In this document: positions 7,115 to 15,492 of the stretch, one piece after another
Position numbering within the stretch: the stretch's first letter is position 1
How the letters are laid out: every line of letters begins with the position of its first letter
Source: an uncultured virus (IMG/VR IMGVR_UViG_3300010214_000051)
Taxonomy: Duplodnaviria; Heunggongvirae; Uroviricota; Caudoviricetes
Direction: 5' to 3' (one strand)
Virus record (IMG/VR): IMGVR_UViG_3300010214_000051
Location: 44,536-64,535 of that record
DNA length: 20,000 bases
Notes under the pieces: generated by a model
Databases searched by the model: none
What the model saw: only the letters and a program-made list of their open reading frames with translations
Told to the model about the DNA's origin: nothing
Program-made: the position numbers and the translations under genes

Positions 7115-8289
7115 TGAAGCACGCACGCATCGGCCCGTCGGCGGCGGAGCGCTGGTTCGTTTGCCTCGGCTCGGTCGCCCTCATCGAAAAGATGGTCGCC
7201 AGCGGAGAGATTGACCCCAACGCACCGAACCCGCCCGCTGACGAAGGCACCGCCGCGCATCATTTCCGTTCCGACGCCCTGTCGCTGGGCATGGACGCCT
7301 GGGACTTCGTGGGGCAGGCGATCACCATCCGCGGCGCCCGCTACGAATGCACTGAGGAGATGGCCGCGTTCCTGCAGCCGGGCATCGACTGGATACGCCA
7401 GCAGCCGGGCAATCGCGTGATCGAGCATCGCGTCGATCTCGGGCGCTGGATTCCCGACGGCTTCGGCACGCTGGACTGCGGCATCATCCACCTGGGTTCC
7501 CGCACGCTGATCATCAACGACCTGAAGTTCGGGTTCGTGCCGGTTGAAGCGCAGGACACTCTGCAACTCAGGATATATGCCCTCGGCGTGCTGGACTACT
7601 ATGACTTGTGGGACAAGATCGACAAGATCGTCCTGGTGATCGACCAGCCGCGCAACGGCGGGCAGAAGCTGTGGTCCGTCACGGTCGAGGAACTGGAACA
7701 GTTCGGCCAGGAGGTCCGTATCGCTGCGGCCCGCGTCAACGAGCCGGATGCGCCGCTGGTCGTGTCGCCCGCCGGCTGCCAGTGGTGCGACGTGAAGCGC
7801 AGCGTCCGGGGTTGCTCGGCCTGGAACGCCCACATGGAGGCGCTGCTCGACGACGCGTCTGACCCGGACCTCCTGACGCCCGAGCGGCGCTGGGAGATCT
7901 GCCAGATCGCGCCGCAGGCGAAGAAGTGGCTGGATCAGATCGTCAGGCAGGCCACTGACGCGGCGGTCGCGGGTAACCCTGATCCCGGCGCCAAGGCGGT
8001 GCCCGGCAAGGCCGGCAACCGCGAATACCGCGACGAGGCGAAGGCGCAGGAGATCCTGGTCGCCGCGCTCGGAGACGACGCTTTCACCCGGCAGCTGAAA
8101 TCGCCGGCCCAGGCCGAGGCGCTGCTGCGTCCGGCGCGCGGGCGCGACGGCGATCCTGCCGCCTGGGCCGAACTGAACAAGATCATCGTGCGTCCGCCCG
8201 GCAAGCCGGTGCTGGCGCCGCTGAAGGACCGGCGCCTGAGCCTGTCCTACCTCGCCAAGGCGATTGACGAGTTCGAAGACCTGAACTGA
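7111..8289 (+). CDS. DUF2800 family Cas4-like PD-(D/E)xK exonuclease
   Basis: HARIGPSAAERW..C, EGTAAH, GFGTLD, INDLKFG, QLRIYALG, CQWC motifs; start reassigned to 7111 (ATGA overlap). Confidence 0.9.
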   Translation: MMKHARIGPSAAERWFVCLGSVALIEKMVASGEIDPNAPNPPADEGTAAHHFRSDALSLGMDAWDFVGQAITIRGARYECTEEMAAFLQPGIDWIRQQPGNRVIEHRVDLGRWIPDGFGTLDCGIIHLGSRTLIINDLKFGFVPVEAQDTLQLRIYALGVLDYYDLWDKIDKIVLVIDQPRNGGQKLWSVTVEELEQFGQEVRIAAARVNEPDAPLVVSPAGCQWCDVKRSVRGCSAWNAHMEALLDDASDPDLLTPERRWEICQIAPQAKKWLDQIVRQATDAAVAGNPDPGAKAVPGKAGNREYRDEAKAQEILVAALGDDAFTRQLKSPAQAEALLRPARGRDGDPAAWAELNKIIVRPPGKPVLAPLKDRRLSLSYLAKAIDEFEDLN

Positions 8290-8305
8290 CCAAGGAGAGT
8301 CGACC

Positions 8306-9028
8306 ATGTCCACGCAGGACAAAGATCCCCGTACCCAAACGCTCAAGGGCGTAATCCTGTCGTTCACCGACGGCATCAAGGAGAAGCGCCTGCCGCGCAA
8401 CGCCGAACCGGGTACGAAGGAGAAGCACAACTTCAACATCATCGTGCCGTCGGGAACGCCGCACACCGAAGAGAACCTGCGCCGCATCGGCATCGCCCTG
8501 AAGGCGGCCGGCGAGAAGCAGTGGAAGGACCCGGACGCCTACCGCAAGATCGCCGAGGACAATCCGAAGCGGGTCACGTTCAAGAAGGGCGAGCGCTTCA
8601 AGAACAAGGAAGGCCAGATTTACGCCGGCTACGAAGGCCACCACGCGTTCGCCGTGTCCGGCCCTGGCGGCGGCGAGCGTCGCCCGAAGCTGCTGGACCG
8701 CTACAAGCGCAAGCTGCGCGAGCAGGCGGACGCCGCCGAGATCAAGGACGGCCGGGTGTTCGAAGAGGGCCAGATCCTCGACATCTTCTATTCCGGCACC
8801 CGCGCTGACGTGATTGTCTCGTTTTATGGGACGGATAAGGGCTCGCGCGGCGTCTTCGCGACGGCGGAAGTCGTTCGCTCGCACCAGGAAGGCGAACGCA
8901 TGGCTGGCGGCTACGTCTTCGACGAGTCGGACATGGATGAGTTCGAGGACTTCGGTGACGACGGGCTGGACGAGATCAGCGCGTCGGAGACGTCGGCGAA
9001 ATCCGACGAGTTCGACCTGGGCATCTAA
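8306..9028 (+). CDS. DUF2815 family (T7 gp2.5-like) single-stranded DNA-binding protein
   Basis: AAGGAG RBS; follows DUF2800; FYSG motif; long acidic C-terminal tail. Confidence 0.85.
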   Translation: MSTQDKDPRTQTLKGVILSFTDGIKEKRLPRNAEPGTKEKHNFNIIVPSGTPHTEENLRRIGIALKAAGEKQWKDPDAYRKIAEDNPKRVTFKKGERFKNKEGQIYAGYEGHHAFAVSGPGGGERRPKLLDRYKRKLREQADAAEIKDGRVFEEGQILDIFYSGTRADVIVSFYGTDKGSRGVFATAEVVRSHQEGERMAGGYVFDESDMDEFEDFGDDGLDEISASETSAKSDEFDLGI

Positions 9029-9034
9029 GCCCGC

Positions 9035-9159
9035 GGATGCTCGGCCGCTTCGGCGGCCGGGTGTTCCGGCGGACCGTCATGGTGTCGTCAGACGCCCGCA
9101 TCGGGCGGCCCTATCCGTGAGGACGGGCTGGCGCTGTGACGGTCCACCCGAATACCTGG
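9035..9159 (+). ncRNA. Structured intergenic RNA element, copy 2
   Basis: C(UUCG)G hairpin 9035-9066 overlaps a long stem 9057-9086/9130-9159 that encloses two small hairpins, one with a GUGA GNRA loop. Confidence 0.65.
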
Positions 9160-9168
9160 GAGACGAAA

Positions 9169-9768
9169 ATGCAGCATGTGATGATCGACCTCGAGACCCT
9201 GGGTACAGCGGTGAACGCGCCGGTGCTCGCCATCGGGGCCGTGTTCTTTGAGCCGTCGACCGGAGAAATCGGCCCGAAGTTCTACGCCGGGATCGACATG
9301 GGCGACGCCTGTCGTTGGGGGCGGCCGAACGGCGACACGATCAAATGGTGGATGGGGCAGAGCGACGAAGCGCGGCGCGCCGCCACTGCTGGCCGCGACA
9401 CGTCGGCGGAGGCCTTCGGGAAGTTCCGCGGCTGGCTCGCGCAAGGCGGACTGGACATCAAGCCGTGGGGCAACGGAGCGTCGTTCGACATCAGCATCCT
9501 CGACTATGCGTTCGCCAGGATCACCGACAAGCCGGCGCCGTGGAAGTTCTGGAATGTGCGCGACTGCCGGACGATTCAGGAACTGGGTCGTCTCGTTACT
9601 GATTACCCCGGAGAGCGTCAGGGCACCCACCACCAGGCGCTCGACGACGCGCTGTTTCAGGCGCAGTGGGTCTCGCACTACTGGCAGGCGCTGACGAAGG
9701 TTTCGGCGGTCCGCGCCGCGCCTCTGCAGGCTGTCGCGTCCACCTCGGCGGTCGATCTGCTGGTATGA
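9169..9768 (+). CDS. DEDDh 3'-5' exonuclease (Rv2179c/exonuclease VIII N-terminal-like)
   Basis: MIDLETLG, WGNGASFD, RDCRT, HQALDDA motifs; GGGAG RBS before ATG 9169. Confidence 0.9.
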   Translation: MQHVMIDLETLGTAVNAPVLAIGAVFFEPSTGEIGPKFYAGIDMGDACRWGRPNGDTIKWWMGQSDEARRAATAGRDTSAEAFGKFRGWLAQGGLDIKPWGNGASFDISILDYAFARITDKPAPWKFWNVRDCRTIQELGRLVTDYPGERQGTHHQALDDALFQAQWVSHYWQALTKVSAVRAAPLQAVASTSAVDLLV

Positions 9769-9953
9769 GCGACTCTCCGCAAGCCTGCGCCGCGCGCGCC
9801 GCAGACCCCCGTTGGCAGGAGGAGCAGCGTCAGAAGAACGCTGCCGCCTCGGCGCGCTTCCGCGCCTATCGCGAGAGCGTCGGGATGCCGATTGAGCGGT
9901 CCAAGACCTCCCGCGTGGCCGGTGACGGCTGGGGCGCGACGAAGGGCGACTGA
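9765..9953 (+). CDS. Small hypothetical protein (62 aa)
   Basis: Fills the gap exactly, with ATGA and TGATG overlaps. Confidence 0.55.
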   Translation: MSDSPQACAARAADPRWQEEQRQKNAAASARFRAYRESVGMPIERSKTSRVAGDGWGATKGD

Positions 9954-10729
9954 TGACTATCGGCGTCTATTGCATCATGCACGTCCCAAGCGGGAAGCGA
10001 TATATCGGCAAATCGGTGAATGTCGAAGCACGCCTGGCGCAGCACAAATACAATCTGACTCAGCTGATTTTCGACCAGAAGAAGTGCAACAGACACCTTT
10101 GGAACGCCGTGCAGAAGTACGGGTGGGACCAGTTTGAGACCTGGATCGTAGAAGCATTCGACAAGATAGATGAAGACTTGATCGCCGAACGCGAACTGCA
10201 TTGGATGGACGAACTGCGGACCTGCGAACGGCCATTCGGGTACAATCTGCGTCGAGATAGTCGGACCAAGATGATCGTCCATGAGGAAACTCGCGCCCTC
10301 ATCTCGGCTCAGGTTTCCGGTCCACTGAACCCGAACTACGGCAACCACTGGACGGACGAGCAGCGGGCGGCGATGTCGGCTAACCGTCGATCCAGAGCGC
10401 ATCGCTATGGGGACGACTGGCGCCGTACCCTGGGCGAGAGGTCGCGGGAGTTTTGGCAGGGCAACCCTGAAAAGCGCGCCGAGATGGGCGCGAAGGTCGC
10501 TGAAATAAAGCGCGTCTACGATTTCCTTCAGTACGACCGGGACGGAAGGCTCGTCCGACGCTGGTCGAGCATGGACGAAATCGTCGCGGCTCACCCGGAC
10601 TTCAAGCGACAGGTCATCTACTCGGTCTGCCACGGCTGGAAGAAGACCTACAAAGGGTTCGTCTGGCGCCAAGAGCGCAAGGCGGAACTCCCGACAGCCA
10701 TGCAACTGCTTCTGTTGGCGGCAGCATGA
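9953..10729 (+). CDS. GIY-YIG homing endonuclease with NUMOD-type DNA-binding tail
   Basis: GVYCI...RYIGKS, R, E and GYN catalytic motifs; NPNYG and YKGFVWR tail motifs. Confidence 0.88.
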   Translation: MTIGVYCIMHVPSGKRYIGKSVNVEARLAQHKYNLTQLIFDQKKCNRHLWNAVQKYGWDQFETWIVEAFDKIDEDLIAERELHWMDELRTCERPFGYNLRRDSRTKMIVHEETRALISAQVSGPLNPNYGNHWTDEQRAAMSANRRSRAHRYGDDWRRTLGERSREFWQGNPEKRAEMGAKVAEIKRVYDFLQYDRDGRLVRRWSSMDEIVAAHPDFKRQVIYSVCHGWKKTYKGFVWRQERKAELPTAMQLLLLAAA

Positions 10730-12666
10730 GCCTCCTGGTCTGCGACATCGAGGTTTATCCCAACCTATTCCTGATCGCGTTCAAGCGGTTGTCGGACGGG
10801 CGTGTCTTCACAATGGAGATGAGCGACCGTTCGCAAATCGACATCCCTCGGCTCAAGAAAATCCTCAAGGCGAATACGATCATAACTTTCAACGGGATGG
10901 CGTTCGACGTTCCGCTGATCTTCTATGCCATCAAGGGCGCGACCACGCGGCAACTGAAGTCTGCGGCGGATAGGATCATCAACGGACGGGTGAAATACTG
11001 GGATGTCGAAGACCTTCTCGGCATCAAGATTCCGCGTGACCTGGACCATCTGGACCTTATCGAACCTCAACCCAACCCGTTCGCCAGTCTGAAGGTGCTG
11101 AACGGCCGGATGCACGGCCGCACCCTGCAAGACCTGCCATACGACCCTGACCGCGTCCTCACACACGATGAGATGGACCAGGTCACTGCGTACTGCATCA
11201 ACGATCTCGCGGCGACCGAGGCGCTTTTCAACGCCATGCGAGAGCCGCTGGAGATGCGTCAGGTCATCGGCGCCGACCTGGGTGTAGACCTGCGTTCTAA
11301 GTCTGACACGCAGATGGGCCTCGCCATCATCAAGAACCGCGCCGAGCGCCTGTTGAGGCGCCGGATTGAGAAAGTGCCTGTGAAGCCCGGAACCGCGTTC
11401 CGGTACAAGCCGCCGACCTACATGCAGTTCGAGACGCCCATCCTGCGGGAAATGCTTGAGCGTGTCCGCGAGCACGAGTTCGTGGTCAAGGATGACGGCA
11501 AGGTGGACCTTCCTTCCTTCCTAGCCGATACGCCCGTGGTGATTGGGGAAACGACCTACGCCATGGGTATCGGCGGGCTCCATTCCACCGAGAGCAACCG
11601 GGCTGTCCATAGCGACGAGGAACACGTCCTCCTGGACGCAGACTGCGCGGGATATTACCCGGCGATCATCCTCACCCTGGGCATGTTCCCGCCCTCAATC
11701 GGCAAGGACTTCCTGCCGATCTTCAACGGCATCCGTGAGGATCGACTGGTCGCCAAGAGCGCCAAGGATAAGGCTCGCGACAAGGGCCTCAAGATCGCCA
11801 CCAATGGCACTTTCGGGTCACTGGGCAACCGCTATTCCTTCGTCTTCGCGCCGCATCTGCTGATCGCGACAACGCTGACCGGCCAGCTTGCCCTTCTGAT
11901 GCTGATCGAACGGGCCGAGCGCGCAGGCATTCAGGTCGTCAGCGCCAACACCGATGGCGTCGTTTTCCGCTGCCCTCGTGAGCACTTCGACGGCGTGGAC
12001 GGTATCCGACTCAACCCCTCGTTCCTCGCCGACCTGACGAGCCAATGGGAGATCGACACCGGCTTCGATCTTGAGTTCGTTGAGTACGAGGCGATCTACA
12101 ATCAGTCTGTGAACTCCTATTTTGCGTTGAAAAAGGACGGCGGACACAAACGCAAAGGCCCCATCGCTAACCCATGGTCGCCGCATCCCGACGACTTCGA
12201 CCCTCGGGGCCAACTGATGAAGAACCCCCAGGCGACGATCTGCTCGGACGCCGCCCTGGCCCTGATCAAGCACGGCACGCCGATCGAAGACACCATCTAC
12301 GGCTGCACGGACATCCGGCAGTTCGTCACGGTCATCAAGGCCGACGGCGGCGCGACCTGGCGAGGCGACTATCTCGGCAAGGTGGTCCGCTATTACTGGT
12401 CGACCGACGGCGACCCGATATTCAAGGCCAAGGCGCACGCGAAGACCGGCAATCACCCGATGGTTCCGAAGACCGAGGGCGCAGCGCCTTGCATGACGTT
12501 GCCCGACGACCTGCCGGACGACATCGACTACGAGCGGTACGTCGCGGTGACGCGCGAGATCCTGATGGACATCGGCTACGCCGAGCGCCCGGAAGTCGTG
12601 AAGCCCATTCGCCTGACCAAGGTGAACCGAAGCTACGTCCTGGGCATGTGGGCCACGGCCGCATGA
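10726..12666 (+). CDS. Divergent family-B-like phage DNA polymerase with 3'-5' exonuclease
   Basis: ExoI CDIEVY, ExoII FNGMAFD, ExoIII YCIND; Pol motifs DCAGYYP, KIATNGTFG, ANTDG. Confidence 0.88.
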   Translation: MSLLVCDIEVYPNLFLIAFKRLSDGRVFTMEMSDRSQIDIPRLKKILKANTIITFNGMAFDVPLIFYAIKGATTRQLKSAADRIINGRVKYWDVEDLLGIKIPRDLDHLDLIEPQPNPFASLKVLNGRMHGRTLQDLPYDPDRVLTHDEMDQVTAYCINDLAATEALFNAMREPLEMRQVIGADLGVDLRSKSDTQMGLAIIKNRAERLLRRRIEKVPVKPGTAFRYKPPTYMQFETPILREMLERVREHEFVVKDDGKVDLPSFLADTPVVIGETTYAMGIGGLHSTESNRAVHSDEEHVLLDADCAGYYPAIILTLGMFPPSIGKDFLPIFNGIREDRLVAKSAKDKARDKGLKIATNGTFGSLGNRYSFVFAPHLLIATTLTGQLALLMLIERAERAGIQVVSANTDGVVFRCPREHFDGVDGIRLNPSFLADLTSQWEIDTGFDLEFVEYEAIYNQSVNSYFALKKDGGHKRKGPIANPWSPHPDDFDPRGQLMKNPQATICSDAALALIKHGTPIEDTIYGCTDIRQFVTVIKADGGATWRGDYLGKVVRYYWSTDGDPIFKAKAHAKTGNHPMVPKTEGAAPCMTLPDDLPDDIDYERYVAVTREILMDIGYAERPEVVKPIRLTKVNRSYVLGMWATAA

Positions 12667-14216
12667 GGCTGACCTACACCCAGGCCCGGTTGATGGCCTT
12701 GGCGACGGACCTGCCGCAATACATGAGCTTCGCGGCGCCGCTCGAGCCCGCGCATCTTTCGCACACGATCCTGCGCGACTACCAGCTCGACATCCTGCAG
12801 CGGGCCGCCGCGCTGTTCCGGGCGGGTTATAGGCGGGTGCTGGTGGTGCTGCCGACCGGCGGCGGCAAGACCGTACTGGCGGGTCAGGCGCTGTTGGCGA
12901 GCCGCGCTGAGGCGTACACCTCGCACTTCTGGGTCCACCGCAAGGAGCTGATCGACCAGACCAGCGATTCCTTCAATGCGATGGGCCTGCCGCACAGTTT
13001 CGTCGCGGCCAAGCGTCCGTTCGACCCGACGGCCGGCACGCTGCTGGCCGGCGTTCAGACACTGGTCAATCGCCTGGACGCGGTTCTGCCGCCGAACCTG
13101 ATCATCGTCGACGAAGCTCACCATGCGGTCGCCGGCACCTGGGCGAAGCTGATGGACGCCAATCCCGAGGCGTTCGTGCTGGGGCTGACGGCCACGCCGC
13201 AGCGCCTGGACGGTCGCGGGCTCATCGAGCATTTCGACGTGATGATCATGGGGCCTACGGTCGCCGATCTGATCGCGCGCGGTTTCCTGTCGCCCTTCGA
13301 ATATTACGGACCGGACGTCCCGGATCTGACGGGGGTGCCGATCAGCGGCAGCGACTACCAGCGGGAATCGCTCGCCGAGGCGATGGATAAGCCCGTGCTG
13401 ATCGGCAACATGGTGGACCACTACCTGCGACTGGCGAAGGGGGAGCAGGGCATCGTGTTCGGCGTCAATCGTCAGCATAGCCGTAACCTGGCCCAGGGGT
13501 TCCGTGACTGGGGCGTGCGGGCGGCGCACGTTGATTCCGACAGCGATGACCGCGAGGACATCGACCGCGCGTTCCGTCGCGGCGAACTCGACATCATGAC
13601 CAACGTCGCCCTGTTCGACGAAGGCTACGATGTCCCCGGCATCGTCTATGTCGGAGACGGCGCGCCGACGCGATCGCTGGTGAAGTTCCGCCAGAAGGTC
13701 GGCCGCGCGCTTCGCGTGATCTACGGCCCCGGCGGGGATCTCGCCTCGGACGCCGGGCGACGCGCCGCCATCGCAGCCGGGCCGAAGCCGTTCGGCGTGA
13801 TCGCCGACCATGCCGGCAACGCCATCACCCACGGGCTGCCGGATGAAGATTATGAGTGGTCGCTGACCGGCCGCGCCAAACGCGCTCGAGGCGCCTGCAA
13901 CGCCGACGCCGATCCCGTGCGGCAATGCCTGGACTGCTACCGTATCTACAAGGCCGTGCTGCGACAGTGCCCCGGCTGCGGCGCATCGGCCACCCCGACG
14001 CCGCGGGAGATCGAGCAGCGAGAAGGCGAACTGGTGAAGCTGGAGCGCGAGGGCCTGAAGCGCGCCAAACAGTTGCGCGAGAAGGCCGAGAAGCAGGCCT
14101 GTCAGTCGTTCGGCGACTTCGAGGCCCTGGCGAGGCAGCGCGGTTACGCGAACCCGCAAGGCTGGGCGCAGGTGCAAATGCAGATGAAGACGAACTATCG
14201 AGGGTTCCGCCGATGA
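12663..14216 (+). CDS. SF2 DEAH helicase (RadD/YejH-like) with C-terminal zinc finger (517 aa)
   Basis: LRDYQ, PTGGGKT, DEAHH, TATP, QKVGRALR, CxxC...CxxC; start reassigned to 12663 (ATGA overlap). Confidence 0.92.
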   Translation: MRLTYTQARLMALATDLPQYMSFAAPLEPAHLSHTILRDYQLDILQRAAALFRAGYRRVLVVLPTGGGKTVLAGQALLASRAEAYTSHFWVHRKELIDQTSDSFNAMGLPHSFVAAKRPFDPTAGTLLAGVQTLVNRLDAVLPPNLIIVDEAHHAVAGTWAKLMDANPEAFVLGLTATPQRLDGRGLIEHFDVMIMGPTVADLIARGFLSPFEYYGPDVPDLTGVPISGSDYQRESLAEAMDKPVLIGNMVDHYLRLAKGEQGIVFGVNRQHSRNLAQGFRDWGVRAAHVDSDSDDREDIDRAFRRGELDIMTNVALFDEGYDVPGIVYVGDGAPTRSLVKFRQKVGRALRVIYGPGGDLASDAGRRAAIAAGPKPFGVIADHAGNAITHGLPDEDYEWSLTGRAKRARGACNADADPVRQCLDCYRIYKAVLRQCPGCGASATPTPREIEQREGELVKLEREGLKRAKQLREKAEKQACQSFGDFEALARQRGYANPQGWAQVQMQMKTNYRGFRR

Positions 14217-14614
14217 GCGCATCTGAGAAGTCCATTCTCAACGACACGCTGGAAGCCCTCTCGGCGCTGCCGGAAACCTTCGTCTGGCGCAACAACACCG
14301 GCCAGGCCTGGCAGGGCGAGCCTGTCAGGGTCATCCCGGGCCGGACACTGATCATGGAGCCGGGCATGGTGATCCTGCGAAATGCTCGCCCAGTGCAGTT
14401 CGGCTTGGTTGGGTCAGGCGACGGCATCGGCGCCCATGCGGGGTATCCGCTGATGATCGAGACGAAATCGGCTCGCGGCCGCCAGCGTGACCAGCAGGAA
14501 AAGTGCGAAATCGCCTGGCGAAAGGCCGGCGGAATCTACGTTCTCGGCAGCGATCCAGAGGAGATCGTGCGCCAGGTTCGCCGCCAAGCCATTCCCGACC
14601 TGCTGCGGCGATAA
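14213..14614 (+). CDS. VRR-NUC domain nuclease (133 aa)
   Basis: WRNNTG, GSGD, IETK...GRQ..QQ, AGGIY motifs; ATGA overlap. Confidence 0.85.
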   Translation: MSASEKSILNDTLEALSALPETFVWRNNTGQAWQGEPVRVIPGRTLIMEPGMVILRNARPVQFGLVGSGDGIGAHAGYPLMIETKSARGRQRDQQEKCEIAWRKAGGIYVLGSDPEEIVRQVRRQAIPDLLRR

Positions 14615-14677
14615 GGCGGCCTTATGAAAAAATAATCGACGATAACTATTATTTCCTCTTGCGCGGTCACGCTAAGT

Positions 14678-14712
14678 GAGACATCAATCGCATGTTAGTT
14701 GACACTTGTCTC
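14678..14712. promoter_or_regulatory. Operator-like sites upstream of the repressor-like gene
   Basis: GAGACATCAATCGC 14678-14691 (half match) and TTGACACTTGTCTC 14699-14712 fit GAGAC-N4-GTCTC. Confidence 0.55.
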
Positions 14713-14732
14713 AATCGGAGGATGATTTTTCA

Positions 14733-15416
14733 ATGGCTGCGAATCAAACCGCTGCTGCTCCGGGTGACGCGGGCCAGAGTGCGGGCGCAGTCCGTCATCC
14801 TGAACTCGCCGCCCGTATCCAGAGGGCTCTCGACATTCACCCCCGGGCGCCGAACGGCCGCGGGCAGTACGCCTGGTTGGTCCGCGAGTTCAAGACACGC
14901 TACGGCATCGAGGTTACGCGCGAGGGCGTGCGGCGCTGGGTCATCGGCGAAGTGGAGCCCAGGTCCGAGCGGCGAGAACAGCTTGCTGAAATCCTCGACG
15001 TGTCGGTCGCCTGGCTGATGTCGGGCTACGATCCGACGCTGACGCCGAAAGTCTCTCGCTCGTCTCAGGAAAACCCTGCTGCGGACATCGTGGCGGGTAT
15101 GCTGAAGCTCAACGGCTGGGTCGCGGCCATGCCCGATAGTCGCCGCGCTGACATTCAGGCGAACTTGCGCGGCCGCCGCTATGAGTTTGAGGTCAAGTCG
15201 ATCCCGGCCGAGAAGCAGGCGGCGTTCGACGTGATGGTCGCGGACGTTGGCGACGTGGTCACCCTGGCGCTAATCGAGCGCGACGGGTTTTCGTTCGACC
15301 TGATCGAGGTCCGCGGCGAGCCCGGCGCAACCGTGAAGGTGCACAAGAAGGCTGACGGCTACGCTGCAACGGGCGGCGAGGTCATCCGCATCACGGATCT
15401 CAAGCGGCCGATATAA
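14733..15416 (+). CDS. XRE-type HTH regulator (candidate repressor) with PD-(D/E)xK-like C-terminal domain
   Basis: HTH VTREGVRRWVIGEVEP...LAEILDVSVAWLMSG; GGAGG RBS; C-terminal ADI...FEVKS. Confidence 0.75.
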   Translation: MAANQTAAAPGDAGQSAGAVRHPELAARIQRALDIHPRAPNGRGQYAWLVREFKTRYGIEVTREGVRRWVIGEVEPRSERREQLAEILDVSVAWLMSGYDPTLTPKVSRSSQENPAADIVAGMLKLNGWVAAMPDSRRADIQANLRGRRYEFEVKSIPAEKQAAFDVMVADVGDVVTLALIERDGFSFDLIEVRGEPGATVKVHKKADGYAATGGEVIRITDLKRPI

Positions 15417-15419
15417 ATA

Positions 15420-15433
15420 GAGACATTCGTCTC
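15420..15433. promoter_or_regulatory. Perfect operator-like dyad GAGAC-ATTC-GTCTC
   Basis: Lies in the AT-rich gap between the repressor and the HNH/MTase operon. Confidence 0.6.
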
Positions 15434-15492
15434 AAAAATAGTGACAAGCAAGAGCGGTGCGGCTAGGGTGGACTCCTTATCGGAGACCGCCC

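Noticed and set aside
7111..8289. Cas4-like nuclease suggesting a CRISPR system
   Set aside because: DUF2800 is a standard phage replication-module gene; no other cas genes or repeat-spacer array seen.
9029..9168. tRNA or hammerhead ribozyme
   Set aside because: No T-loop/D-loop cloverleaf and no CUGAnGA/GAAA core; kept as an unassigned structured element.
12174..12662. Long N-terminal extensions of the helicase (also DUF2800, VRR-NUC and SLOG ORFs in the track)
   Set aside because: Arg/Pro-rich off-frame read-through of the upstream gene; true starts sit at ATGA overlaps.
12633..14222. 529-aa minus-strand ORF (likewise 6937-8493, 4609-5568, 9866-10705, 18942-19778)
   Set aside because: Antisense shadows of well-supported genes; expected with high GC3 codon bias; no motifs.
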